Source of the DNA: Cyanidioschyzon merolae
Lineage: Eukaryota
Assembly: GCA_000091205.1 (NCBI GenBank)
Contig: AP006493.2
Strand: one strand, 5' to 3'
DNA: 64,000 bases
In this document: piece after piece, positions 22,248 through 34,335 of the stretch
Layout of the letters: every line of letters begins with the position of its first letter
Numbering within the stretch: the first letter of the stretch is position 1
The notes under the pieces: generated by a model
The model's input: the letters and a program-made list of their open reading frames with translations, nothing else
Databases searched by the model: none
What the model was told of the DNA's origin: nothing
Position numbers and translations under genes: made by a program

Positions 22248-25055
22248 TCAGCTACCAGAGTCCCGTTTCGTAAGGTCCGCTTTTTCAGATTCTGATTGAT
22301 CCAGTCCACAAGTTTCCATTAGTGAGCCGTCATCGTGTTGCTTCAGAGCGGGACTATGCGAAGATGCGTCATGGAACGGCCGGACTCGCCTGCAAATCAC
22401 TTTCTGGAAAGCTGCCCATATATTCGTATTGTGCGTTTCATGTTCTCTTGGACATGGTCTCTTCTCGGAAAGTTTTTCATGAGCACTGTGCTTGGGGCTT
22501 GTTACTTTTGTCGGAGTCTGTGACGAGGGCGCCGGTGTCATCGAGGCGCCCGGCACTTCGATGCTCAAATCCGTGGGCGCCGCCGAGCTGAGAATCACTT
22601 TGAAGCGTTGGAGAACCTTGTCGGGATCCGCAGAAAGATGAACGACTCTGCTGCGCCGTTCGAAAGGTTTCCGCAGTTTCCTGAGTTCAGCTGTTCTTGC
22701 ATCAGACTCTTGATGACTGAAAGAGGGGTTTCCGGAATCCATTTCTGTCTGCGATACGACATTGCTTGAACCTCGACGGGATACGCTCGAATGACAACTT
22801 TCAGAATCTGATGACGCATCGTCATCAGCAATGAAATCTGTGTCTGTATCGCATTCCAGGGAACTTCCAGAGCAGCTCGAGCTCCCATGTGCAGACTCTT
22901 CATCTGAGGTTGACAGCAAGTCTTCTCCAGAGTCGTCATCTTCCCATTCCATGTCGCTGTCGCAATCATAGTCGATCAGGTCGTCGTCGAGAATCGCAAA
23001 GGGAGCACGGGGGCGAATCTTATGCACTTGTTCCATCAGCGGCCAAGGTCCATGATACGGAGGCCGACTATTCTCATAGAAATGTAAGTAACGATATCCT
23101 GGTCTTACGAACCGCCCGGAGATACATGAGTATGCAGTGATTTGTTTGCGATGCAGTGCTACCCATACTTGATTCAGCAGTGCTTTGGATAGCACCCCAC
23201 CGTCGCCATCCGCTCTTATATGTTGAATTCCCCGTTCGACAAGCTCGACGTCCTCGGAGTTCGAAAATCGGGTTATCGCCTCCTTGCAGATGACTCCACG
23301 CGACCAGCGTTGCAAAAAAACTTGTACAAAATAGCTTTTTCGCGCAAGGCGCAGCTCACGCACGAGTACAGCAATATCCGGCTGTTGATGTGCAGGGGTT
23401 ACAGTTCGGTCCTGCTGCCTAGCACGCGAGGCGGCCACCAAAACATCCATGGCTAAGCTCAGTCGTCGACGAGGGGCGCGCGCGCAGTCAGGGCCCCAGA
23501 TTGTATCCTCCTCGGCAGTACTAGGCACGTTGCGAGCATCCAAAGGCGCTTTTTCCCTCAGAGGAGAGTCGAATTGAAGAGCCAGGGGGCCACAAAAAGT
23601 CACTGTTTTCATCGGCGCTATACTCATAGTGTTTTCCATTTCAGATCTGCGGCGCATGAACCGGAATAAAGTCTTCGCTGATTGTTTTCCATCTTCATTA
23701 CCGATTTGTGATTCAGCGCGATGCGAACGATTTTTACCACGTCGTTTCGCGGATCGCAAGCATGGAGACACCTCCTTGATGCCGTTCTCGGACTCCGCCT
23801 CGTCAGCCTTCATTTCATTGCAACTGCTCTGGTCTGGACCAACGCCTACGTCCTGTTGGAGCTGAGGCGAGAGCGGCTCAGACTCCGGTTTTCGCTTCCT
23901 TGATTTTTCATTACGATCCCGTCTCTGTTCGAGACGCTTTTTCAAACGATCTGCGCGTGAAATGATTGAATCAACGACGGATGACTTTCGCACCAGTGAT
24001 GATGCTTTCGTGTCAAGTGCATGCATAATCAAATCCAAGCAGATATCTATTCGTCTTTGAATATCGATGAACAGAGCCTTGGCCTCCTTCCACGAACCAA
24101 ATGCCACCATACGCGACGAGTTCGTCTCTCTCGGGTTCGATTGCGTTTCCGAGACCAGTGCCGGATCCAGGACATCGAAAAGGAAGACCTGATGGCTGGG
24201 ATTCTGTAGCGCGCTACAGAGTACCTCGAAACATCTGCACTCTTCTGCTGCAAGCTCCACTCCTGGCGATAAATGCGAAAGCTCGGAATGCAGTACGTCA
24301 CCAATCATTCTTTTCATCTTGATATTTCGTTCGAGCACGATACCGCCCGGAAGACATATCATACACTGCTCCATGAGAGTTTTCACATGTCCCACGTCCG
24401 CGCAACGAGCTTCTGCGGCAAATGCCTGTGCTAGTGTCCAGAAAGCGGTTTCCTGGCTGCTCGCACCGGCGACGACACATCCGGAGCCGAATCTCGCAAG
24501 CTCACCGGGAATAGAGCTGATTGATTCCTGATCAACCGGGAACGAAGCCAAAATGGGCGTGCCTTCGGCTTCTATGACACGCCGCGAGCAACTCTTGAGT
24601 TCCTCGACATGCTGAAGCACCTCGGCGCTGTACTTAATAGCAAGTCGCAACATAGCCGGCGGTACCGACTGCCTCAGCGACCGTGAACTCTGTTGATAGT
24701 CGCGAACCTTACGCTCCTCCTCCAAAAGAAGGCGCTCCAGCGGCATGGTGGACGAAGTCGTACTTGCTTCCGTTGTTGAACTGCCCCCGTCGAGCGCGGC
24801 AGAGGCGTCAGAACTGCAGACGACACCCTTCGCGTAAACTTCGCCACTGCTGCTCAGGGTCCCCGTTGTCAACGCCTCCGGATCAGGGGCGCAAGTGCGC
24901 TTCGTGTGGACTGTATGGCACACACTCGGTACCGCTCCCAGCAGTTCATCCTCCATAGCCTTGTCTGGTTCCGAAAAAGTGCGCTTCGGGCGACTACCGC
25001 AATTGGCGCCAGAAAGGTCAGTGCACGCGCGCCCAGGCTCGCTTCCGATCCACAT
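22248..25055 (-). CDS. CHAF1A: Chromatin assembly factor 1 large subunit (CAF-1 p150, CHAF1A/Cac1-like)
   Basis: The conserved C-terminal block LHFYENSRPPYHGPW, followed by the acidic ED region IDYDCDSDMEWEDDDSGEDLLSTSDEE. A Lys/Glu/Arg-rich region (LKKRLEQRRDRNEKSRKRK). 935 aa. Confidence 0.75.
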   Translation of the reverse strand: MWIGSEPGRACTDLSGANCGSRPKRTFSEPDKAMEDELLGAVPSVCHTVHTKRTCAPDPEALTTGTLSSSGEVYAKGVVCSSDASAALDGGSSTTEASTTSSTMPLERLLLEEERKVRDYQQSSRSLRQSVPPAMLRLAIKYSAEVLQHVEELKSCSRRVIEAEGTPILASFPVDQESISSIPGELARFGSGCVVAGASSQETAFWTLAQAFAAEARCADVGHVKTLMEQCMICLPGGIVLERNIKMKRMIGDVLHSELSHLSPGVELAAEECRCFEVLCSALQNPSHQVFLFDVLDPALVSETQSNPRETNSSRMVAFGSWKEAKALFIDIQRRIDICLDLIMHALDTKASSLVRKSSVVDSIISRADRLKKRLEQRRDRNEKSRKRKPESEPLSPQLQQDVGVGPDQSSCNEMKADEAESENGIKEVSPCLRSAKRRGKNRSHRAESQIGNEDGKQSAKTLFRFMRRRSEMENTMSIAPMKTVTFCGPLALQFDSPLREKAPLDARNVPSTAEEDTIWGPDCARAPRRRLSLAMDVLVAASRARQQDRTVTPAHQQPDIAVLVRELRLARKSYFVQVFLQRWSRGVICKEAITRFSNSEDVELVERGIQHIRADGDGGVLSKALLNQVWVALHRKQITAYSCISGRFVRPGYRYLHFYENSRPPYHGPWPLMEQVHKIRPRAPFAILDDDLIDYDCDSDMEWEDDDSGEDLLSTSDEESAHGSSSCSGSSLECDTDTDFIADDDASSDSESCHSSVSRRGSSNVVSQTEMDSGNPSFSHQESDARTAELRKLRKPFERRSRVVHLSADPDKVLQRFKVILSSAAPTDLSIEVPGASMTPAPSSQTPTKVTSPKHSAHEKLSEKRPCPREHETHNTNIWAAFQKVICRRVRPFHDASSHSPALKQHDDGSLMETCGLDQSESEKADLTKRDSGS

Positions 25056-25504
25056 GTGAAAGATGGACCTATAGGCATAAAGATATCATAGTCGCGAATC
25101 AGCCTCGACGCCGGGAGAGGTTGCTACGATAACTCGAGTCCAACACTTTTTTCCATTTATGCGGAAGAGCCGGGGGCCACTCCGAGCATAATCGGTGAGG
25201 CGCATCATGCTGCTGATGAATGTCCTCTCGTCGATTGTCATAAACTAAGAAGCACTCGTCTATCGAATGGAATTGCGTATTGGACGTGAGATGTATAGAA
25301 GACTTGCAGCGTGAGCCTGTGAACAATTCGTTAGAGCGCGCCATCGATTTGTTTTCCCTGTCAATCCTACGGCGCCAATTGGTGCGCCTCCGACATGCTT
25401 TGAAACAGAAAGATCGAAAATTTGAAGAAAGCTTTTTTCGAGTACGCTACGCGTAAGGAATGGAGAAGATTGGAGGTTTGTGCGCATGAATTGGATAGTG
25501 GTGT

Positions 25505-25585
25505 CAGTTATTTTACGATTCCTTGTTCGATAGGTTCACTAGTCATGCTGATTCCGATGACATACCGAATCTCAGCCCAAAAAGA
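25505..25585 (+). repeat. Short dispersed repeat (family 2), copy 2
   Basis: tcagttattttacgattccttgttcgataggttcac...gattccgatgacataccgaatctcagc aligns with 10255-10335. Confidence 0.5.
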
Positions 25586-26411
25586 GTCGATTGCACGACT
25601 CGGAAGGGACCACAGAGAATCCTAAAATTATGTATGGAACCGTAAAACCGCTTCCCCAACTGCCGCACTCCGAATGTCGAGGTTGTACATCAAAAGAAAT
25701 TTGGGGGAAATGGGTACGCAAGTGCAGAACGAGCAGCTATGTGTTTAACTTAATCTGAAATAAAAAAAAAGAACGGGTGTGTCATCTGAGCTGAGAGCGA
25801 CGGATGCGCCCGTTCGAGCATGCGCGTTATCGAAGGCTGCTCGTTCTGTATCACGACTAGCGGCAGAGCTGCTTCTCGCCGACTGTCATGGCTTCAAGAA
25901 AAGAGCCGAATTGCATCCAAAATTGAGACAAGAATGGTTCACCCAGCGGAAACGAGGAGGCTGCGGTATTTGACGCCGGTGTGCAACAGGGTCCCAAGCT
26001 ATGTGTTCAAAAGCTTTGTAATCAACCAGAGCTCTAAGTTTTACGTAGATTCAATACGACTTTGAAGTGCATAAAGTCGACGGAAATAGATATCGCGACG
26101 ACTGATACTCGTGTACATCCTATTCGGCTCTACCTTCCGGAGAGGCACGGTGGCGTTCGCTCTCAAATACATTTTCCTCAACGATACCGCTCCGTATGAG
26201 AGATACTACCGCTCCGATTCCGATCCTTTTTCTAGTGATACTCACCGCATGTGTAATCGATACGTTCCAGCGCGATTTAAGATTCTCCTACTGCCTTGGA
26301 ACGAGGCCTGCATGCAGCGAGAATCCGTTTCAGTGGATAATGAGCTGCACTGCCTGAATGGCGAGAAATATGTTCGCAAAGCATGCGCATAGGGTCGTCC
26401 TTGATCCGCCC

Positions 26412-27719
26412 TCATTCCGCCTGCTCTGACATTCGAGGTGATCCGCGGCGTGCAGTCACAATACTTCGAATACCCATTGCAACAAAAAGCACCGCACTAA
26501 CTTGCAGTAATCGAGTATACGGGAGGCGGAGCGCGACTCCGCTGCCGATCCAGGAACCGAACAAAACGCCACCAAGAAGTCCGAACAGGAGCTCGTTCTT
26601 CACATGACCCAGTCTGGAGTGTGTAACCGCACCGCTAAAGGAGGGCAGAACCATCGCTGCAAGAGCTGTACCCTGGGCTTCCCTCTGCCCAAAGCCTGCG
26701 ATATAAGATAGAAATGGGATCACGATGGTGCCTCCGCCTACCCCCATCAGACCAGAAAAGAAACCTGCGATGCAGCCTGCCGCACCAATGGTTAGGGCTA
26801 TTCTCATTGTACGCGGCAAATCTCCAGAGTTGTCCCCCAGAGACAATGCCGCCGAGGAAGATGTGCCAGTGTTCTGAACATACATGAGCCCGAGACTTCT
26901 CAAAAAATTCAGTACGCCGATGATAAGAACGAATACCCCAAAGTATTTCCGAAGAAGTGCGCTTTTCACACGACTAGAGTATGCTGCTCCAGCGCTCGCC
27001 GTTAACACAGCACCGAGAGCTACAATGAGTGCTGCTGTCAGATGTACGGCACGGCCCCGCGCGTAGGCGAGCGCTCCAACGCATGAGCTGAAAGAGACGG
27101 CCACTAGAGATGTTCCATGAGCCTCGTGCTGCGAGAGGCCGGCGACGCTAGTCAACAGTGGAGTCATAATGATGCCGCCTCCGACACCAATCAGGGATCC
27201 GAGAAAACCCGCCGTGAGCCCGATCAGGCCGGAGAGCACGATTCTCGCGGCGAGTGCTGACTTGCTCGCAGTCATGCGAATGCATCCGGCGTTCCGACGT
27301 GGCAAGATTTTCGAGTCATTTCTGATGCGCGTACAGGTTGCATGAAATCCAAAGCCCAGCGTCTTGGTGTGCCGCGTATCGACCTGCAGCCTGCCGCAGT
27401 TTCCAAAGCGTCCCGGTGGTGCACTGGTCCGAACTCGATAGGCAGCGCAGTGAGCCCCTCTGAGGTACAAAGCCGCTATCTTTCTCGACCAGAGCGCTGA
27501 ATTGGCAAACCCAAGCGAAGATTGCTGGACATTCGCAAGTTTCGTAGGTACGCGATTCTTCATGAATTCACGTTGCAGAGCGAAGCGAGACGTCTCGGTG
27601 TTCAAGCGGTCCAGTGCGCTGCCGCTATTCACTGCTCTCCAGAGACGCTCTGTCCAGGAGTTCAGTTCCAGCCGAGGCAGCTGCGAGTTGAAGGCCTTAA
27701 ATAGGACGCACTCGCTCAC
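26412..27719 (-). CDS. TauE/SafE (TSUP, DUF81) family anion/sulfite exporter-like permease. The N-terminal ~140 aa are uncertain; an alternative start is the ATG at 27275.
   Basis: Duplicated 4-TM halves each carrying the family Gly-rich motif: GSLIGVGGGIIMTPLL and SGLMGVGGGTIVIPFL. The TM domain is hydrophobic throughout. Confidence 0.7.
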   Translation of the reverse strand: MSECVLFKAFNSQLPRLELNSWTERLWRAVNSGSALDRLNTETSRFALQREFMKNRVPTKLANVQQSSLGFANSALWSRKIAALYLRGAHCAAYRVRTSAPPGRFGNCGRLQVDTRHTKTLGFGFHATCTRIRNDSKILPRRNAGCIRMTASKSALAARIVLSGLIGLTAGFLGSLIGVGGGIIMTPLLTSVAGLSQHEAHGTSLVAVSFSSCVGALAYARGRAVHLTAALIVALGAVLTASAGAAYSSRVKSALLRKYFGVFVLIIGVLNFLRSLGLMYVQNTGTSSSAALSLGDNSGDLPRTMRIALTIGAAGCIAGFFSGLMGVGGGTIVIPFLSYIAGFGQREAQGTALAAMVLPSFSGAVTHSRLGHVKNELLFGLLGGVLFGSWIGSGVALRLPYTRLLQVSAVLFVAMGIRSIVTARRGSPRMSEQAE

Positions 27720-29033
27720 ACTCTAGGTGGTATGGAAAGTCAACTATCTGGAACTTGCTAACTGACTAGCTAGTGAGCTTCTACGATCATGTCTTATTCT
27801 TCGGCAAGGCGACAGTGCCCGAACGCAATGTTTCCCGATGAAGATGCAGCTGAACAATATTGTACTACATGGTCATCAGTCAGGATCGAGCCTCCGCCCA
27901 TCCCGCCTGACTCACAAAAGATAGTCTTCTGGAAAGCGAGCAGCACTGTATAGCCTACCATACGGTACTAGCGCGCCTGCGGGAAGGTTGCTGCCTGAAC
28001 GACAAGCAGGTCATGGAGGAGGCCTGGCTTCGAGTTTGCGAAGAGAGTCTGAGTGTGGCTTTTCAGAACACCGCTCCGGAGAATACGCTTGCCTATGATA
28101 GTTTCGGTGGAGCGCAGCGGTGCGCGCTGCGGGCCTTTGGACGCGTTCAGAGCGTCGTTGCGCCCACACAAAGACAGGTTCACACACAGAGCACCGAACT
28201 GAGCATAAAGAAGGAAGTGGCTCTGCGAGACGGAGAACACTGCGGCCGCCTGGGTCCAGCTCCGTCAAAGAGACCCCGCTCCGCCTTGCGTGGCGCTGAG
28301 GCTACTTCCACGCCTAGCGTGGACGTGGAAATCTATCAGCGGGAACTCTGCGACATAGCTTGTAGGCTGCTCTGTTTTAGGATAGCACCATGCTCAACGA
28401 GTAGCCATAAGCGTCAGAAAGTCTGTACAGAGGCTCTCAGTGAACGACGAGTGGAGCGATCAGGCACAAGTTTGCAAGGAGCATCCGCGGACGTGACCGG
28501 TTCAGCTCATAACCTCAGTGAGTTTGATGCTCCCGAGGATTGTGGAAAATATGACGCCGAAGGGATACAGCTGGTTCATGTCAATGAATCGGGAGAAGAG
28601 CCGGTTGGGCCGCCCCCATCGGATCTGTTTGAGTTGCATTGGGAGACGCCACCCGGAGGCTCCGCCTATCATCAAGGACGGAGCAGAACCATTACCGACC
28701 ATGATTTTCGGAATTTTTACTGTGCATGAGCACCATTTGTGTCTTTAAAAGAAGTGTAGTCACCGAGAATGCCACGCCATGGTGCTGCATCGTTTGGATA
28801 CGGGGAGTCTGCGATGGAGCATCGAATAGCGCGGGAAGTCCTATGCCGCAAAACGACGACGATCCTCTGTATATCGCAGGCACTATGCATTTCCATGGTG
28901 CGTTATCCGCGCAAAGACTTGTTCTGAAGGTATCGATGGTATCTCACGGGCATAAGTTGCCGTGCAAATGCAGAGACAACACACCGCTCTGAATTGCGGA
29001 CTGCAACGATTCCTCGGTCCTCCAGACCACATC

Positions 29034-29047
29034 GGGGGGGGGGGGGG
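29034..29047. repeat. G14 homopolymer
   Basis: Fourteen consecutive G residues counted directly. It is on the opposite strand from the C15 run at 9591. Confidence 0.9.
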
Positions 29048-29221
29048 CGGACTTCACGCAGGCCATGTCCACCGTACAAACGCACATCGCAAATCCTATC
29101 CGCCACGACTTGAATGTTACTGCCGTATTCAAAACACCAAAAAATCCGGAGAAGCGGTTTTCCATGCAAGCTTTCCGCTCACAGAGATGTACGCTATAAC
29201 TGGGTACGAGCGTGTGCACCA

Positions 29222-30739
29222 TTAATGATACATTTTCATCAGCGCCTCGGAGACGGCTGCAGGCGTAAGCACCCCAAGATCCGTGATTAAAAGATGTATG
29301 TACGACCCCGGAGTCAAGTCACTGGGTGGGCACTCGAACTGCAACTGTTTGGGAATCTCCTCGTGGCGCGTCATTTGTCTGTAGGATCGTGGCGCGTGGT
29401 CCGAATCAGTCTTACTAATGTCGCGTTGCGTCAGTGGGTAAATGCGCACGAACTTGTATGATTCTGCAGCGATGAAAACCTGAACATTGAAAGTCTTTGC
29501 CGCGAGGGCGATGCCCAGGCTACCGACCTGATTGATGACGGCGCCGCTCTCGGCGATCGCTTCAGCGCCCAAAAGCACGATATCAATGACTTCCATTGCA
29601 GCAGGAACCGCACTGTCAGGAATGATGGTGACCTGAATACCGAGACGCATGACGTCGCAACAGAAACGCAACGTTTTGGCCGTCATCCCCGAAGAAAGCG
29701 CAGCATCATGGCGACCGCGGCCTTCTACGACCACAACACGAAACTGCTTTCGTTTCATGCGAGCCGCGCGCTCGATAATGCTGAATACCACACGTGATCC
29801 ACCATGAGTAAGGATATTGCTTCCCTGGAGAATGAAGGGCTCACCGAAAACAGCAATACGTTCCCGACACGTGTCCGTCATTGCGCGAAAGTGCTCGCCG
29901 CGTTGAATTAGCCGCATCTTGCACTCCGCAAAGTCCGGGAAGTCGAAGGAGGTCCTTGTTATGAACTTCACAAAAAGCTCGCACGCAGCCCTCACGGAGA
30001 GTTCACTCGAACGAGCGTACGAGATCATCTTGTCGCAGGCGCGTCTGACTTCTAGCTCAAGGCCATAAATGGTTTCCGAGCGAGAACATCGTATCAGATC
30101 GGTGAGCACGTGGACAGCCGCCGGAGCTGCCGGCGTCTCTCGCGCGAGCTCCGAGCGAAACCGCGTAAGAACATCGAACTCAGGCTCTGGGACGCCGGCA
30201 ACTTCGTGGGGCTGCCCGGGTTTCGCCTGTGCGGCCAAAAGATAGGTCACATCAAGCTGCGATTGCTTACGTTGTGTAAAAATCGAGCTACCGTCGGTTC
30301 CAGTGGGAGCGGCACACGCACCCTCACTGCTCGGAACACTCGTCCAAGGGGCAGCGCGCCCCGCGTTCGTGGCTGTCGATGTGCTCACGAGCGAGCCAGA
30401 GTCAGGTTGAACGTCTTTCGAGACCCGTTCCCGTATTGACGGCTCATGCATCAGATGGTCACTCTGTGTCCACAGAGTACAGCAACAAAACAAAGACAGC
30501 GAGTTTCTCTGGTGCAGTGCACCGGAAGCGTAGCAAGCTATCCGAAGATTGATAATACGAGGGCGCGTCCGCTGGCATAGCGTCGAGAAATTGAACATAT
30601 CGTGCAGGGCGTGTGCGCGCTCGCCAGAGTCCTTTTTCTGCGGAATCGTTTGCATCTTCCATGGATCCCACAGGCGTATGCGCTGGTTATCGGGATCCCG
30701 AGAACGTCCATCATGCCGAACCTGACGAACAAGTCCCAT
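29222..30739 (-). CDS. Translation initiation factor eIF2B subunit (IF-2B family, beta/delta-like). The true start is probably internal, near MHEPSIRERV.
   Basis: A C-terminal IF-2B family core: FRVVVVEGRGRHDAALSSG...VTIIPDSAVPAAMEVIDIVLLGAEAIAESGAVINQVGSLGIALAAKTFNVQVFIAAESYKF. Confidence 0.7.
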   Translation of the reverse strand: MGLVRQVRHDGRSRDPDNQRIRLWDPWKMQTIPQKKDSGERAHALHDMFNFSTLCQRTRPRIINLRIACYASGALHQRNSLSLFCCCTLWTQSDHLMHEPSIRERVSKDVQPDSGSLVSTSTATNAGRAAPWTSVPSSEGACAAPTGTDGSSIFTQRKQSQLDVTYLLAAQAKPGQPHEVAGVPEPEFDVLTRFRSELARETPAAPAAVHVLTDLIRCSRSETIYGLELEVRRACDKMISYARSSELSVRAACELFVKFITRTSFDFPDFAECKMRLIQRGEHFRAMTDTCRERIAVFGEPFILQGSNILTHGGSRVVFSIIERAARMKRKQFRVVVVEGRGRHDAALSSGMTAKTLRFCCDVMRLGIQVTIIPDSAVPAAMEVIDIVLLGAEAIAESGAVINQVGSLGIALAAKTFNVQVFIAAESYKFVRIYPLTQRDISKTDSDHAPRSYRQMTRHEEIPKQLQFECPPSDLTPGSYIHLLITDLGVLTPAAVSEALMKMYH

Positions 30740-31922
30740 TAAATGCGACCATCACCAGCACCCATACTTCGTTTCGGAGAGCAAAATTCGTTCATAGCCC
30801 CTGCTCCGGGTGCCGAGCCAACCCGAAGTGCCCACAGTAGCGTTTGGGGCGTAGGTGCGGTTGCCGCACCTAGAAGGAGCTGCCTCGCTTTGCAACTGAG
30901 TACCTCAGCTCGCGGCGATAGCACAATGTCGCTGCAGTTATCGGGAGCACGCTGGCATCCAGAGGGAGCCGAGTTAGGCACGACGATCGCACACCAAGAA
31001 GAAGAGCGATTTGCTGCAGTGGCAGCGGATTCTTCCTTCGCCCTCAACCACGAGTCGTATGTTTCGCCCGTGATCTTCAGTGGAGTGAGATCTTGGACGA
31101 GCTCTGCATCATGATTACCAGCTCTGACGGAAAATATAAGCCAAGGCAGGGGTTTGTCGGTCCCAGTTTGAAGCCGCAGGGACAGCTTCACACAATGCTC
31201 GTTTCAATGCTACAGTACAACGCTGGAGGCCGTCAACCGCTCAGATTCGGTTTCCAGGGACCTATCTAGTGGCGTGGAGTCCCATACCGCGCAGCACGGT
31301 CCCACCATGATGCGTTTCAGTTCTCATTTTTGAAGGAGAACCGAAAGCATCGTTGCTCGCTACATCTGCCGGTCACTTCGGGCTGGATCAGTCATCCATG
31401 GCACACATGTAACTCGGTGTCGGTCGTCAGGACGCCAAAATTCTTAAAGAATGCAGCGCTGGCTTGTGCAAGTTGCGATAAATGGAACGCATCAGGCTCG
31501 TTACAAGTACAGGTCGCTTCTACGGAATAATCAGAGTCGTGCGCATGCGTCATGATGACAGGACGCCCAATGTCGTCTTGCAGCAAACAATGCACCTAGA
31601 CCGCGGAAGACGGGTGCATGGGGTCAGCATACAACACACGGACGACAAGCGGGAGCTTTGCGGACGCCGCAGGAACGGTATTGCTTCGACATCTCTTTGA
31701 CTGCAAAGCGAAGAGAGTTTATCCCGCGTCACGCTCCGATATTCAGCAGCATTGAAGTTCTTGACGAAATCTCAAGGGAAGCACCGGTCATTCACCAACA
31801 GGAGCGAAGCTAACCCGACCTGATGGGGAGACTGCGGCAGGGCCGCAAATCCATGACGCTCAATTCCCGCGTTAAGCGTCTTCCATCACCGACCAAGCCG
31901 TTACGGACGCACAGGCTGCAGG

Positions 31923-32990
31923 TTGCAAAAATATAGCCCGGGGGATACCGCACTCGCCACTCTGGTTATGAGCTCGGCGATGCTCGAGAAAGTTCCAGAG
32001 TCCGATGAAGCAAGTATTCCCCTGAATGTGCACCGAGGCGTTGGAACCCTGACGGAGGAAGCGCCCGAGGTGCAAAGCGTGGACAAGCCGTCGCGCAGGA
32101 GAGCACTGCGCACGACGCTCCTGTGTTTGTTTAACGCTTTATGTACGATCTGCATCGTTAGCGCGAATAAACTCGTCTTTGAGGGTTACGGGTTCCGCTA
32201 CGGCACCACTCTAACGTTTTTCCACTTTTCGGCAACTGGACTGGGTCTCTTTGTGATGGCCGTTGTGCGCGTTTTCCGGCCAATACGTCTGGATCTGCAC
32301 AAAACCTGCCTCTTAGCATTCTTCGGCATGGGTTTCGTTGTCTTCACAAATCTATCTCTGCTGCACAACTCTGTTGCATTCTATCAGTTGTTCAAGCACT
32401 TGAACACGGTTGGCGTCATTGTGCTCGACTGGTCACTGTATCGGAAACCATTGCCTCCACAGTTGCGGCTTCCGATCTTTCTGCTGATTGTCGGCGTGCT
32501 CATCAATACCTTTGGTGATTATCGGTTCAATGTTCTTGGTACCGTATATGCCTCGGGGGGCGTCATCGTAACGTCATTCTACCAACTGTTGGTGGGGCGC
32601 TTCCAGGCGGAGCTACATTGCGATCCGATGCAACTACAGTTTTACACCGCACCTCTCTCGGCCGTCTTTCTCGCGCCATTTTTGCCCGTCTTTGACGAGT
32701 ACCGATGGTGGCGTGAATCATCCATCTGGCGGCATCCAATGACTGCAGGAGGAGCGGGCGCCATCTTTCTGTCATCGCTTATCGCTCTTCTTATGAATAT
32801 ATCAATCTTCGCGGTGATCGGGAACACATCAGCCTTGACCTACAATGTACTTGGACATGCAAAGACCTCCATCTTGCTCCTCATGGATTTTTTCCTTTAC
32901 GGTAGACCACTGAATTTGCAGAATACTCTAGGAGTTTTAATTGCGCTGGCGGGTGTGTTCCTCTATTCGCGAGCAAAGCTCTCGAAGTAA
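31923..32990 (+). CDS. TPT/nucleotide-sugar transporter family (DMT superfamily, SLC35-like) membrane transporter
   Basis: About ten hydrophobic helices. A C-terminal EamA/TPT-type segment NTSALTYNVLGHAKTSILLLMDFFLYGRPLNLQNTLGVLIALAGVFLYSRAK. Confidence 0.65.
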   Translation: MQKYSPGDTALATLVMSSAMLEKVPESDEASIPLNVHRGVGTLTEEAPEVQSVDKPSRRRALRTTLLCLFNALCTICIVSANKLVFEGYGFRYGTTLTFFHFSATGLGLFVMAVVRVFRPIRLDLHKTCLLAFFGMGFVVFTNLSLLHNSVAFYQLFKHLNTVGVIVLDWSLYRKPLPPQLRLPIFLLIVGVLINTFGDYRFNVLGTVYASGGVIVTSFYQLLVGRFQAELHCDPMQLQFYTAPLSAVFLAPFLPVFDEYRWWRESSIWRHPMTAGGAGAIFLSSLIALLMNISIFAVIGNTSALTYNVLGHAKTSILLLMDFFLYGRPLNLQNTLGVLIALAGVFLYSRAKLSK

Positions 32991-34335
32991 TGCGTAACAC
33001 GAAACGAAACGTAACGAGGCGGAAGATAACACGCTTTGTGTAGCAGCAGCAGTAGTCGTCGTAGTCATACTAGAAGCTATCTCGATTGGCGTTGCTGTCA
33101 TCTGGCCCCAGCTCCCAGCATGAGCGGTGCCTTTAGGATGAGTGAGCTTATGGCATCTCGCATGAACCCTTTTTGAGACTGCCTGCTCTTTCCCTCTTCA
33201 GTCCGTCTGTTGCAATTGATCGTCCGTGCTTGAAGCTGCTTCGATCCCGTGCAACTATAGCAGCTGCTGCAGCAACCGTGCTCGTTCTGCGCAATAGTCA
33301 GGGACGCCGTCTCTGGACACACCGTACGGCAGATGATTCCACGTATCGTATGGCGTGGAATCACTTCAGGGCCAGTGCTTCACTCGGACAGAGAAAAGCC
33401 CAGTGCTGGCATGAATTGGCCATCAAGCAGGACATGCATCCTGCGAGGTTCTTTGAATCAATTTCTGAACTTCTGCAATAGGCGGGGGAAGATGGTACTC
33501 GTGACCACGCGCATATAAGAGTCATCCGCAAAACCGGATAGACGCTACCTGGGCGCTGCGGATGGAAATCCACTGAAAGCGTCAACAAGCGCACTTGGGT
33601 AGGCCAGCGATTACTGCACAAACGCAGTAGAAAGAGTGTCATCCATCGACTCGCACATGGTTCATTAAGCGACTAGCTCATGGATTGCTCAGAGGGTCCA
33701 TTTCGCAGGGGAACACTACAGATCGAAGCTCACTCAACGGGAACTGCGACCCGCGTTTCGAGGGATGCTTTTGGGTTCTCGAAAGGCTCTGCAAGTGGAG
33801 CGCTGGTGGGTTATGTGGACGGAAACCACCACTGCACACAGCAATGCTCGTAGATATTCTCCCGTATTTGAGAATAAAGGAACGGGAATGCAAAGCTTTG
33901 CGTGCGTACACGTGAATGCAGCCTATCACAGGCATCGCGGGTGTCTTCATGTTGCATTGGGCTGGAAGGTTAATTTGAGGGCGGAGCAAAACGTACCTTC
34001 CATAAACTTCTGCGATGCTGATGTCAAGAGATCTCGCGCATCCGCAACCTGTAAGCCGACCAATGCCCCGAGCGGTGCGCCCGGTACCCATTCGTGTTGT
34101 GTCTTGGGCAGATAATGTATACGGTGTGCTGCACTGAAACTAATGGGTTTAAAAGTATTCGTGGATTTACGTTACACCTCGAGTAGCGAATCGTGATTCG
34201 TTTCTGCATTTCCAACCTGATGCGAGCGGCGGCATCTAGACGGCATCGGGTACGATGCATCCCTCCGGCAGCAGGTAAAGCACAGACGCTGCGCGTTGAA
34301 TGTCTCTGGAAGGAACCCGATGCAGCTGTAGAACT